Assembly (NCBI RefSeq): GCF_963921235.1
Contig: NC_086097.1
Coordinates: 11,842,001 to 11,906,000 of the forward strand
Direction: 5' to 3'
Origin: Mobula hypostoma
Taxonomy: Eukaryota
DNA length: 64,000 nucleotides
Part shown: piece after piece, positions 1 through 11,946 of the stretch
How positions within the stretch are numbered: the stretch's first letter is position 1
Layout of the letters: each line of letters starts with the position of its first letter
Notes under the pieces: model-generated
Database searches by the model: none
Seen by the model: the letters and a program-made list of their open reading frames with translations, nothing else
What the model was told of the DNA's origin: nothing
Position numbers and translations under genes: made by a program

Positions 1-211
1 CAATGGTGCAACTGGAAGAGGCATTGATAAGGAAAGTAGAGTAGAGTTACCCAGCAAAAAGCAAAAGCACAGACTATAAAATTTTCCATGATACTTAATG
101 AGGAAAAGATTAGCTCAAACTAATGAAGGCCCTAACAGTAGAAAATATATTCTGGGGTGAGCAAATGGCAAAGATATTGACCAATTTTTTTATTTGCCTA
201 TCTCTACAGAA

Positions 212-590
212 GATGCTGTCATGGTTTGGAGTCTTGCGTGCCTCAATGACCCAGAGAACTATGCTGGTTGAAGTCAGGGCTTTATGCTTTGGCTCTTAGT
301 AGGATCACCTATACAAGCAGGACAAAAGGTAGAGGCCAGATTAAGGGTGTCCACTGGTCCTCCAGTTTGGGAGCATTAGCTCAGGCTGAAAAACCCTGAC
401 TGGTAAAACAAAATTGTTACTGAAACATGACGAACAATCCGTCTACATCTGAGTGTGATGGTATTCCTGAGTCTCTACCCAGGAATTGCATGACTGACAT
501 AGTGAAAACCAAGAGGAAGCTGCTGACATGATGGTGGATGCCCTGAGCAGAGATGGTGGACCTTCATTATTGCCCTAAACACCAGTGGAT
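212..590 (+). mobile_element. RTE-derived bipartite non-autonomous element (Expander/BovB-like 5'UTR joined to an RTE 3' end)
   Basis: gtcatggtttggagtcttgcgtgcctcaatgacccagagaactatg...gtaggatcacc resembles RTE 5'UTRs; ends tggtggaccttcattattgccctaaacacc, like RTE C-terminal/tail sequence; no ORF. Confidence 0.55.
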
Positions 591-789
591 GAAAATGGAA
601 CCCCAGGAAATTAGCACCAGGAAAATGGCACTGGAGAAGTTAATGGGACTGAGATGATGTCCATGCAACATCTGAGGAATGGATTTCCAAAGTTCTCTCA
701 GAACATTTTGAATTTTTCTTTAAATATTAGTGGAATATGGACATTACTGGCAAGGCTGACATTTAGTAAGTGATTAATAATTAACTTGC

Positions 790-901
790 TAGAGAACTCA
801 GCAGGTTGAGCAGCATCTGTGGGAGGAAAGAAATTGCCAACATTTTAGGTCAAAACCTTGCATCAATTGCTCCAGACTTCAACATCTACAGTCTCTTGTG
901 C
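790..901. repeat. Penelope-derived (pLTR) repeat fragment
   Basis: gaactcagcaggttgagcagcatctgtg... shared with copies at 9985, 19942, 21361, 42352, 59411. Confidence 0.55.
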
Positions 902-1929
902 CTCCATTGATTAAGTGACGACTTTTAAATAAAGTAAGCTGTCAGAACAGTTGGTAGAGTTTGATTTAAGACTGCATGGTTATAAGAATAATTTTGAAGG
1001 CACAGATTTTAAATCATAAAGCATTCACATCACGACAAAACAACTGAACGATTCCTGAACTGCCAGGGATGTGTTGTTGTAAAATTATACCATTCCTTCA
1101 TATTGCATGGAAATCTCCTTTTCTGGAAATGTATCCCCAGTCAATTGTGCTAAATCTATTATAAGGCGAGTCAATGTGCTGTAATCTGTCTTGTATATCT
1201 GGCCTCCATAGAGTCACAGAGCATAAAAAAACGGCCACTCAACCCATCATGTCCATACTGACCAGAGGGCCCCACTGATTTTAATTCATTCCATAGTGAT
1301 GTATGCCTTGATACTACTTTTGAGACTTTCATTCTCTACGTCACTTATGTGGAATAGCAAGTTTTGACAGAGATCCTGCTTCAGGGTTCTTTACAGGGGA
1401 CCTGCCTGTCTCCGTCTTGTGTTGAGAACCCACCTCAGTTAATGATGAGGGTTCCCAACACTATTCTCCCTCAGGCCATATATTCATCCTGATAGTGTTC
1501 CTTAACCCACTTTCCAACCCTTGATCAATGCAGCTCCCCCGCCTCAGCTACTGACCTGTGGGCTCAGTTACTGAACGCACTCACTTATCTACTGACCATA
1601 TCTACATTCTCCCCTCTCTGTCGTTGACCGCCGGACATCCACAACCCCACGACCAACTTACACTGGCTGCCAGCTCACCCCAATGCCACAACCAACCCTT
1701 ATCCATGCCTCTCTATCAATCTCATCCTGTTCTCAGTTCACAGTGATCATTGTGGTCTGAATCCCTAACATTTGATTCAGGCTGAAACCCTTCATCGGGA
1801 CTCAAAACGGAGATCAAAATGAGGGAGCAATGAGAGGGGGTCTCACTGAATTCCCATCGAAGAGAAGGCTTAAGCTTCTTCAATGTAGACGTACCTCAAA
1901 GAGATTTTGTAGTGAAGCAGTAAGTCATA

Positions 1930-2810
1930 GACACAAGAGGCAGATGCTAGAAATCTGATGAAGTGTCTCGGCCCGAGACCATAAGACCTTATGATATAGG
2001 AGCAGAATTAGTCCACTTAGCCCATCAAGTCTGCTCCACCAGTTCATCATGGCTGATTCATTTTCACTTTCAGCCCCAAACTCCTGCTTTCTCCCTGTAT
2101 CCCTTCATGCCCTGTCCAAGCAAGGATCTATTAACTTCAACCTTCACTCTTAAATTTTCATAAAGACAGCCTTCACAGCTGACTGTTGCAAAGAATTCCA
2201 CAGGTTCACCACTCTCTGGCTAAAGAAATCCCTCCTTATCACCATTCTCAAAGGATGCCCCTATATTCTGATGCTGTGTCCTCTGGTCTTAGACCCTTAA
2301 ACACCCCCACCATAGGGAACATCCTCTCCACATCCACTCTATCAAGGCCTTTCACCATTTGATAGTTTTCAATTCGGTCACCCCTCATTCTTCTGAATTC
2401 TAGTGAATACAGGCCCAGAGCCGTCCAACACTCTTCATATGATAGGCCATTCAACCCTGGAATAATTTTCATGAACCTCCTTTGAACCCTCTCCAGTTTC
2501 AGCACATCCTTTCTAAGATAAGGGACCCAAAACAGTTCACAATACTATAAATGAGGCCTCATCAGTGCTTTATAAAGTCTCAACATTACATCCTTGGTTT
2601 TATATTCCAGTCCCCTTGAAACGAATGCTAACATTGCATTTGCCTTCCTCACCACAGACTCAACCTGCAAATTAACCTTTAGGAATTCCTGCACAAGGAC
2701 TCCCAAGTCCCTTCGCATTTCAGTTTCTTGCATTTTCTCTCCAAAATGTCGACTGTTTATTCCAATCTATAGATGCTGCCTGACCAGCTAATCTCCTCCA
2801 ACACATTGGT
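1930..2810 (+). repeat. Penelope-derived repeat with hammerhead motif, split by a CR1 insertion
   Basis: ctgatgaagtgtctcggcccga (1955-1976) resumes as ccaaaatgtcgactg...atagatgctgcctgacc at 2741. Confidence 0.7.
1977..2740 (-). mobile_element. CR1 LINE 3' fragment
   Basis: ORFs 2545-2733 and 2248-2505 (RDLGVLV..KANAMLAF..YKALMRPHL; LERVQRRF..LYSLEFRRMRGD); repeat tail at the left end. Confidence 0.9.
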
Positions 2811-3066
2811 GCAGAATATAGTGTCACAGTTCCAAAGAAAATGCTGCAGAGATGCAAGGGCCACTCTGAGGTAAATTGTGAGGCCAAGAGTTCACCTGTT
2901 TTGTACAAGAGTCCCATTCAAGGTTCTTATACCAGTGGGCTAGAAGATGATAATTTAATTAACCATAGAGCTCTTATACCCTTGAGCTTGGCGTTGCACA
3001 TTTTCAAGCTTTGGTATCTTCTATCCAATGAAAGTGAATGTCCAGATTGGGAAGGGTCTTTGATTA

Positions 3067-3892
3067 CACTGGACAGCAAATTGTTTTGAAAGGGTTGCTT
3101 CATCAGAACTTTTCTTCGTTTATGATAGACCACTTGAAGCTGAACAAAAATATAATTTCAGACTACTTTCATCACGTAGGAACTAGGAGAAACAAGAAAT
3201 TAACTTCTCTTGAATATAATGCATTTAATTGCATAGCGGTGCGGATGTTTTCCAATAGTTCAACTAAGCTAGAAATGTTTTGCTGATGATTTTAATTTGT
3301 TCTCAGTGTCTGAGGCTTCTCGCTTAAGTGTCCAACAATTATCAACCAGCATTGATGCATTCCAGTTGCCCCGATACCGTTTCTCCATGACTGCAATGTT
3401 CTCCATGACACGTGAAACCTTTCACCATGCTCATCATTTCACCATGCTCGTCACTGACAATGCAACGATTTGCAGGGAAGAAGTCTAAATGGGAATGCAG
3501 AAATAAATCCTTTGCTGCACTTCATGGTTTTGTATACTTGAAGCATGTTGTCAACCAGCTGCACATAGTTTCATGTTCTTTTGTTGTCAAAAAAAAACTT
3601 TCAACAACATACCTCTATGCCTTCCACGCAATTTTCTCCAGTCCCACTAGAAGTTCTTCAAATTGTCTGTCATTGGTGTCCTTTTTGATATGTGGATCAA
3701 CAAAAATGCCCTCCTTAATCTTGGCGTCAGTTACTCTGACTTGATTTATGAATTGAAAATACAACTATAGGTAATTTCAGAATAAAAAGACACATGATGG
3801 GAAAATTCCATGGTGACTTTCATGAAAAGCAGCCCAAAATCTGTAAGATATACCCAAAAGTATACAGGAACCAAAATCATTGTTGTCCAGTG
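3067..3892 (-). mobile_element. Chapaev3-type (CMC superfamily) DNA transposon, internally deleted, transposase C-terminus pseudogenised
   Basis: TIRs CACTGGACAGCAA / TTGTTGTCCAGTG; flanks TTA/TAA (TWA target); minus strand translates AKIKEGIFV..AWKA..NYVQLVDNML..FLHSHLDFFPAN..VSDEHGE..MEKRYRGNW..ML.DNCWTLKR with frameshifts. Confidence 0.8.
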
Positions 3893-4261
3893 TAATGTTG
3901 GCTGTTTTCCTGAGGTATGAGGATGTAGACAGACTACAAGAAAAGTCTTGCCCTGTTGCAAAGTGATGAATAAGCACTCAGTGGAAATATTCTGCAGAGG
4001 ACTTGTTTAATATGCATTTGCTCAATCCTGAGCAAAGGGGATAGTATACTAAAGCAAATTATTACTTTTCATGTCTTGGATGGAGGGAGGGAAGGAGATG
4101 AAGGGTCAGGGGCACATTTCTGGTTGTGTATGGGGTGGGGAAATAGGCATTAATGGAGATGAGAGGTAGATATTGTGCATGCTGGAGGGTATAGTCCCTT
4201 TGAAATGCTGAAGAAGATATATCTGGTGTTGGCTACAATTCAGAGTGGTCAGAAATTATAG

Positions 4262-4762
4262 GACATAGAAGATTTCTATGTTCTACAGCATATTACAGGC
4301 CCTTCGGCCCATAATGTTGTGCTGACCACGTAACCTACCCTAGAAGCTGCCTTCATTTACCCTACTACATCGTCCTCTAATTTTTTAAGCTCCATGTACC
4401 TATCTAAGAGTCTTTTAAAAGACCCTATTGTATCTGTCTCCACCACCATTGCTGGCAGTGCATTCCACACACCTACCACTGTCTGTGTGAAAAACTTACC
4501 CCTGACATCCCCTTTGTACCTTCTTCCAAGCACCTTAAAACTATGCCCCCTCAGGTTAGCTATCTCAGCCCTGGGAAAAAGCCTCTGACTATCCACAAAA
4601 TCAATGCCTCCCATCAGCTTATCCACCTCTTCAGATCACCTCACATCCTTTGTTTCTCCAAGGAGAAAAGGCCAAGTTGACTCAACTTATTCTCATAAAG
4701 CACACTCTCCAATCCAGACAACGTCCTTGTAAATCTCCTCTGCACACGTTCTATAGTATTTC
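4262..4762 (-). mobile_element. CR1 LINE 3' fragment
   Basis: ORF 4357-4626 RGHSFKV..GKFFTQTVVGVWNALP..SFKRLLDRYM. Confidence 0.88.
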
Positions 4763-4886
4763 TATAGAAGGCAATCCATTGAATATAGGGGTCACTTGGT
4801 GCAAGTCAAAGGAACCCTATTCTGTTTTCTGTTAAGGGAAGAAAGGACAGTAGAGATATAATAAGTAGAAGAAATATGTTTTAGAT

Positions 4887-4965
4887 CAGGAGTTCCCAAC
4901 CTTTGTTATGCCGTGGACCAATACCATCAAGCAAGGGATCCATGGACACCAAGTTGCAAACCCTA
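4887..4965. mobile_element. hAT-Charlie-type MITE (~80 bp)
   Basis: ends caggagttcccaacc / agttgcaaacccta; flanks ttttagat / atctagag resemble the NTCTAGAN target. Confidence 0.6.
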
Positions 4966-6449
4966 ATCTAGAGCCTTGTTGACTGCTGCTATAGGGTGAG
5001 ACAGGAAATCTTTGTTTGTGGATGAAGGAGGAGAGATTGAAAGCACTGGTATAAAAAGTGCTATTGTCAGAACTAAACAACAAGGCAGAGAAACTAGGTC
5101 ACATTTTATAGATCCCTGAGGGCAAAGCAACAGTGATTACTGCATAAAAACACAGAGACGAGCCATTTCTTCCTGCACACATCGAAGCTAACATTGGCCT
5201 GTCTCTTGCCTCCATATTAGAATATTGAATTTCAAGTTCAAGTTCAAGTTTATTGCTATCTGACTGTGCAGATATACAACTAAACGAAACAACGGTCCTT
5301 CCTCCAGACTATGATGCACCCACAAAACATATATCACATACTAAATCAATATATCACGTAATAAATCAAAGTATTACCATAAATAGGTTAATAACTCAAA
5401 CCTATACGCCAAACCGATGTATCAAAGAAGCATTGAAGGATTGCAGCTTAGGCAGAAGAAATGATAAACGCAGTGCTCCCAGCTGGATGTAAAAAGATCT
5501 GATGGTACTATTAATGATGCAAGCATTTTTGGCTTTGTGATCTTTGAAAAATTAGACTCATCTCATTCTCTGTTCTGGGGAATGGCTTTATACAATTTGG
5601 CCATAATAGTTGCCCACGTGAAAGTGGCTGCAATTCAGATTAGAAATCACTGGCGGCGTTGTTCTTTGTAATATTCTGAAATGCTACATAAATGCATGTT
5701 CTTCCCCCTTTATACATCTATATCTATCAACTTTAAAAAAGCTTGTTTGAAAATTTCTTTTCATCCAAAAAGAGTGCTGATAAAGAAATCAAATCAGAGA
5801 AGTTAGACCTCTACTGGAACAGAATTCTGCTTAATCACAGCAGGAGTTACAGCCAAGCCAAGCAGTACAAGTGCATTTCTGACAAGAACTTTAAATCTGC
5901 ATCAACCATGAAAGGATCAGATTCTATATCATGTGTGCTGCAAACCCAATCTCCATGACGACTATGCCAGTGCTTAAGGAATTGGTATTTATTACAGTGC
6001 TATGTTTAGATATTATGGACTGTGAACAGCACTCAAATAATGTAATGTGGCCCTAGCTATACATGCCTGAAGCTGCCATTTTATTACCTCCACCAGGAAG
6101 GAATGGCTTCATTGAGTAAGAAAAGTGTTTGAATATTTTTTATTTTATCCTGGAGTGATTTTCCTTTGCAGATGTTTTATAGGAACTTTCTGAAATAGGT
6201 TTTATGGGAATAGATTATTGCAGTTCCAAGAGTCCCGCGTGGTATATTGTTATTTTTGGCACCTTGAGCACAAAAGTGCGATGCCTTAATGGAGGATTTT
6301 TAATTGAGAATCAAAGCGAAGAACCAAGACCAGAGGCACAGTGCTAAACACTGCCAGCATTAAGGAAAATGGAAGAAAGAAAAAAAAGTCAGTCGAGAAG
6401 AAGTGATTTAGTGAAGCCAAGACTCGCTCTTAAAGGGCTGTGTAGGAAG

Positions 6450-6836
6450 ATTCGAGATTCAAGATTGTTTAATGTAATTTCCAGTACACAAGTGTAAAGG
6501 AGAACAAAATAATTGTTATTCTGGACCCAAGGCAACACAAAAGAAAAAAAACAATAAGATAAAGAACATAATAATTAAAAACACGCCATCTATAAATACA
6601 TAACTTATATAAATACATTGACTGGATGTATGTGAACTGATGCTAGGTACAAGAGTATCTATACATAAGGTGACTCTGACCGGAAATGATAAATTTGTGA
6701 TGGTGGAGGGATGTGGAGGGGTGGGTTAGTGGGTGGAAGTGTTGATCACTCTTACTGCTTGGGAAAGTAACTGTTTTTGAGTCTGGTGGTACCAGCGTAG
6801 ACACTGCATAGCCTCTTCCCTGATGGGAGTGTGACA
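6450..6836 (-). mobile_element. Rex1/Babar LINE 3' end
   Basis: gggaaagtaactgtttttgagtctggtggt (KNSYFP, antisense), 3'UTR and (aagattc)n tail; homologous to 21870-22400. Confidence 0.7.
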
Positions 6837-7027
6837 AGGAATAAGGAACGAAGATCAAAGGAGGCAATGAGTCTTCCTGCATTCTTGTCTGCGAGGAGAC
6901 CAAATTCAAAATGATGCTATCAATGACCTTGTGTTTCTTACAATTGGAAATATCACTGTACATGCACTGGCCTTTCACACCATCAAATCTGTGCTCATTG
7001 TTTGCCCAGTAGGTAAACTAGTTGCAC

Positions 7028-7325
7028 TTTCAAAGTTCAAAGTATATATTAATTTTCTTGCAGGCATTCACAATAAATAGAAAGAAACACGATAGACTCA
7101 ACTGAATAAAACAGACAGACAAACAAACAAAAGGCAACAAACTGTGCAAATAAAAAGTGAATAATATAGTCATAACAAATAAATAAGCAATAAATATCAA
7201 AAACACATATTGTAGAATTGTAGTGCGTAAGTTGTGGAATCAGTTGAGTGTTGGGGTGAGTGAAGTTAAGCCCTCTGGTTCTAGAGTTTTGGGGTAGTAA
7301 GTGTTCCTTAACCTGGTGGTGGACT
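7028..7325 (-). mobile_element. Rex1/Babar LINE 3'UTR fragment
   Basis: ttcaaagttcaaag tail plus cttgcaggcattcac...aactgtgcaaa; homologous to 35810-36225 and 40325-40550. Confidence 0.6.
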
Positions 7326-9389
7326 GACCTCTCATCTTCACTGTTAAGTTAAATACATTGAAGCCATGAATAACATATGAGCAAACCTATCTTAAAGAGT
7401 TGGTGGTGTGCTTAATAATCTATTTATGCAAGTGATGGTACTGTATCGCTGCACAGAATGCATTGTGTGAATTTGTATCTGTGATTTCTAGCAAGCATGT
7501 AGCCAATCTGGATGTCCACTGTCAGATAGGAAAACCAATTGTTCTGACTGAAATAAGGAGAGACAATAGAAAAGTGAATGTCTGATGCACCATCTTCTAG
7601 GGTAAGTGTGGGTAATTCATAAAAGGTTCAGAACTGGCTTGCTGAGGTGAAGAGTTTGAAAAGTGGACACAATAAATGAATAACCATATATTTAAATTAA
7701 AATATAAAAAATAAGTCCCCAGATTTGTTGGAGTGGGTAAAAATTCAGTTTATGGCATTTGGTGCTCACAGAGCGCAAAATAAGATAAAAAGTTGCGTAT
7801 GTCCTAGCTTCAAGATTACACATAAATTCTGTGAATTATTTTTGCATTTATCTATAATATACAAAATAACTTGCATTAAAATGTCTCATTCCACAGATTC
7901 CTATTAATTCTTATTACATTATAGCTATAATTTAATAAATAGGATTTGCAAAATAAAGACCCCCTTTTCCCACGAAATCCTTAAGGTTAGAGATTTTTTG
8001 CCACAGAAATGGTTTCCTTTTCAGTCAGCTTCCTTTATTTTTTTTTGAAAAATGGCTCTTCTTATCTCTGGCCTGCGTGTGTTCTGCAATATGCTTTCGA
8101 TCAATCAGATTAGCATAGCTAAACTATGTGCAGGCTTGCTTAGTTGCCCAGGTGCAGCTAGATTTGCATATAGAAGCACAGTTTGGTCCCCAGGGTCGAA
8201 TACTGACTCTGGTGCTTGATGAGCACACAGAGCAGAGCACAGGATTGAAATTGGAATAAAAAATACAATGACTGGCCTGGAGAGGTTCAATTACACAGCC
8301 AGCAAATCCCCTGCAATCTTTAGACCATATTTTAGAATGTTCTCCGGCAGTGAAGGATATCTATTGTTCTGTCATGTGCACTGATGATTGTTTTACATTG
8401 CAGCTTATATTAAATAACCTATTCCACATTTTTTTTTTGTTGCTAACTTTGTCACCCTGATCTTTGTTGCTTTATTCCCATTTCACTTCCCAAAATTTAT
8501 TTTTTTGCTTTGAGTGTGATTTGGATTTTCAATGATTTCCCAGTATCAACAGAATTTTTTTTTGAACCCCATTATAAAAATTGGAAGTGTTACATGCAAT
8601 GCAATCTGAAATATAGCTTATTATGTTATATAATTTCTGCTGCATTGTTTTGCCTGTATCGCTCTGAAGTGTTTTATGGATATTAATTGTCAATGTATTA
8701 TGACATCTGTGACTAATAGATATTCATATGCATAAAGCAGATATCTTATCATATATATTATGTCATTTAACTCTAAAAACTGGCAGCTTTTATTTGAAAC
8801 AATAACACTATTCCCCCTAAGACTTTCAGATTAAAATATCAAAAAGCAAATGTTTTGATGCTGGAATCTTTGCAGTCTTTCCATAGTCCTGTGTCTATCT
8901 TTTTACACCAAAGGCTGACAATGAGAAGGTGGCGGCTCTTTGCAATTTCAGGAGAAGGATGCAAGCAAAAGGGAGCAGGAGGAAAACCTGGAGAACTGGT
9001 GACTGATTGTACAAAAGTCCAAAAGTGTAATACATTGATCCAATTCTCAGCTCCAGCCATTACAGTTCAAGTCAGAAAATGTGGCAGATGAGGAGGCAAG
9101 TATTCTTACATAATTTGAAAGTGGCATCAATTTTCTAGTGCATTAGGTGTGCTGTAATTGTTGAAGGTTTTTTTCAAAGAAAGGACTGTTATCATCATAA
9201 GACAACAAAATGAACTTTATTATATTTCACAGAAGGAATTTTGGTTTATATTTTGTGATGTACGTGGCATTGCCAGTGCCAGTATATATTATCTCTCCCT
9301 ATTTGCCCTTCAAAAGGTGGTGGCGAGTTGTCTTCACGAACCACTTCAGTTCTTCCCACAGTGCTGCTGAACAAAGAGTTCCAGAATTT

Positions 9390-9672
9390 GGGACGCCACG
9401 GTAGTGCAGTGGTCAGTGCAATAGTGCAATACTGATACAGTTCGGAGTGTTCTGGAGCTTGGAGTTCAGTTCTGGTGCCTTCTGTAAGGCTTTTTTACGT
9501 TCTCCCCGTGACTGCATGGGTCTCCTCTGGGTGCTCTGGTTTCCTCCCACGGACCAAAGACTTACCGATTAGTAGGGTAATTGGTAATTGTAAATTGTCC
9601 TGTGAGTAGGCTAGGGTTAAATAGATGGGTCGCGGGGCAGTGTGGCTGATTGGGCCGTTAGAGCCTGTATGA
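9390..9672 (+). mobile_element. HE1-like V-SINE
   Basis: tRNA-like head ggacgccacggtagtgcagtggt; V-domain gggtctcctctgggtgctctggtttcctcccac; CR1-like tail. Confidence 0.8.
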
Positions 9673-9984
9673 CTAACATAACATTTAAAAAAAAATTAGA
9701 AATAGTGACAATGAGGGCCTGTAATATATTTCCCAGTCATGAAGATGTGTGACTTTAAGGGGAAACTCCAGGTTATGAAGTTCCCATTGAACCTGCTGCT
9801 CTTGTCTTTTTGGTGGTGGAGGTCATGGGTTTGAGATGTTTTGTTGGTGTAGACTAGTGGAGGAAACCACAGTACACTTTATAGAGAGTGCACACTGCAA
9901 GTACAGAACTCTGCTGGAGTGAGTACTTATTTACGGTGGTAGATGGTGTCCCAGTCTAGTAAGCCACTTTGACCTGCTGATCTT

Positions 9985-10172
9985 AAACACAAGAGATTCT
10001 ACAGACACTGAAATTCCAGAGTAACACACACAAAATGCTGGAAGAACTCAGCAGGTCAAGCAACATCTGTGAAAAGGAATAAAGAGTTGATATTTCAGGG
10101 TCTAAGGTTTATTCTTTCTATAGGTACTGCCTAACCTACTGGTTCTTTCAGCATTTTCTGTGTGTTACTCTT
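9985..10172. repeat. Penelope-derived fold-back (inverted-arm) element
   Basis: arm gagtaacacacacaaaatgctggaagaac..ggaataaa is inverted as tttattct..gttctttcagcattttctgtgtgttactc. Confidence 0.7.
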
Positions 10173-10519
10173 GACCTGGAGATGTTCACTTTCATATTGG
10201 AGTTACAGTCATCTGGCCAAGTAGGGCGTATACTATCGAACTCCTGACTTGTACCTTATAGATTCACAGAAAACATTTAGGACATCAGGAAATGAGTCAT
10301 TTACCACAGGATATAGAGCCAAACAAGTTGTTTCAGAGTGCAATGAATTCCAGGGAAGCTGAAGTAGGATAAATTCATATCAATAGCTATTAACTACATG
10401 TAAATAATTTTGATGGTATGTTTTCAATGAAAAAAACTTATTTTTATAAATAAAAAGCTAATATTTTACATGAAGAAATTATGCATTTTCTGACCAATGG
10501 TAGCTTGTTAGTGATAAGA

Positions 10520-10722
10520 CTCAATGTCCCTGTCCTGGGACAGTCTTTCAAGTTGTCCCCAGGTACAGCCACCTTCTTAGATCCTTCCTCTCCCAGGGAA
10601 GAGGTATTTGCAGTTTCTGTTGATGTTGCTGTAGCTCTGGTTTTTATGGGATGGGTTTGCCACTCCATGCTCTACCCTCTTCCTTTGATAGCCAGGCTTG
10701 GGTCCATCCACGGTGGAGTTAA
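10520..10722 (-). mobile_element. RTE-derived bipartite element (family 2)
   Basis: reverse complement matches 51192-51405; 3' part encodes TWGQLERLSQDR, an RTE C-terminal motif. Confidence 0.6.
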
Positions 10723-10885
10723 GAGTCAATATAGCAGAATGCAAGTTTTTCTTTTTGCAATCTTTCGCAGGATATTTACCGTGGAACTGATAAACCATCT
10801 ACCCTCCCACTTCTCCCTCTTCCCTCTTAGTCCAAGTGAACAGCCACTTATCAATGAGGCAAAGTGAAATTTCTTCTTTCCAAAG

Positions 10886-10928
10886 TGCCATTTGTTGGAA
10901 ATATCTTTGTGGAAGATCCACTGAATAG
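10886..10928 (+). other. Candidate 43-nt exon
   Basis: tttcttctttccaaag| ... AATAG|gtaagt; one open frame PFVGNIFVEDPLN; no protein recognised. Confidence 0.25.
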
Positions 10929-11316
10929 GTAAGTATAGAAGCATTTGCATCATCTCCTTCTGTGCTCTGCAATTTCTGCAGTAAAAATACGGGAACGAGT
11001 AAAAACCATCCAATGTCCACCACAATATTTTCAGTGCTGTTCACCCAAAAAACTTTTCTGAAGTCTTCTATACCTTCAGACAGTCAAACTGGATCAGGAG
11101 CAACTTAAGAAGTATATTTCAAAACAATTTAGAATAGAAAATTTAATGAGTGCATAGAACATAGAACATACTATAGAACAGAACAGGCAGAGCAGACTCG
11201 ATGGTCCGAATGGCCTAGTTCTGCTCCTTTGTCTTATGGTCTTACAGAATGTGACCCATAAAGTTGTACTATCTTAATGCCAATTTATACTAAATATCCC
11301 CTTCTTGTCTATCATC

Positions 11317-11946
11317 GGGAGGAGAAGATGGTGGCGCGACGCAATGCGCGCAGCTCTCCGGTGAAATGATATCGTCTCTGTTAAATAGGGGCCATGGACA
11401 ATTCTGATTTGATGGAGACAGACGTGAAAGCACAGAGGAACATCTGGAGAAATTTCTGAAATGCCCCGTTCGCTGCCGCTGTTACTGGGAGATCGAGAAT
11501 CTTCCGGAGGGAAGGCCCCAATATCCTTGGCTTTGTCTGCTGCTGGCGACCAAGGCTGAGGTCAAATCGTTCGGATAGAGATGGTGCTCGGTACTCGGTG
11601 TCGGAGGGCTGATCGGAGGCTCGAAGTTTTCGGACGACTCAGAGTCGGACTGTGGTCGGGCATGGCAGGGAGAGTTTTCTTCCTTCTCCCGTCTGCATGA
11701 GATGTGGGACATTCGCGGGACTTTGAACTTTTTTTACTGTGGCCATGGCCTGTTCTTCATCAAGTCATGGTATTGTTGCACTGTTGTAACTATATGTTAT
11801 AATTATGTGGTTTTTGTTAGTTTTTTTGGTCTCGGTCTGTCCTGTGTTTTTGTGATATCACACCGGAGGAATATTGTATCATTTCCTCATGCATGCATTA
11901 CTAAATGACAATAAAAGAGGACTGCGTGTCCTCATAATCTAATCTA
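11317..11946 (+). mobile_element. Non-autonomous Rex/Babar-type retroposon (CpG-rich 5' part plus LINE tail)
   Basis: starts gggaggagaagatggtggcgcg; ends aataaaagaggactgcgtgtcctcataatctaatcta; related copy inverted at 54694-55378. Confidence 0.7.

Larger units (their letters stand above)
4075..5100 (-). mobile_element. Possible highly decayed Penelope internal fragment, interrupted by CR1 and a MITE
   Basis: purine-rich tracts with aaggaaccctattc and gtcagaac...ggcagagaaactagg, weakly resembling the PLE RT C-terminal region. Confidence 0.3.
9265..10320 (-). mobile_element. Old decayed LINE fragment (CR1-like) hosting younger insertions
   Basis: ctatttgcccttcaaaaggtggtggcgag...gagttccagaatt; resumes aatatatttcccagtcatg...gggaaactccagg after a V-SINE. 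Confidence 0.35.

Noticed and set aside
1540..1745. C-rich tract with degenerate ctactgac repeats
   Set aside because: Too short and irregular to define a unit or function.
10444..11044. Overlapping ORFs as a host gene
   Set aside because: No recognisable domain; partly RTE-derived repeat.
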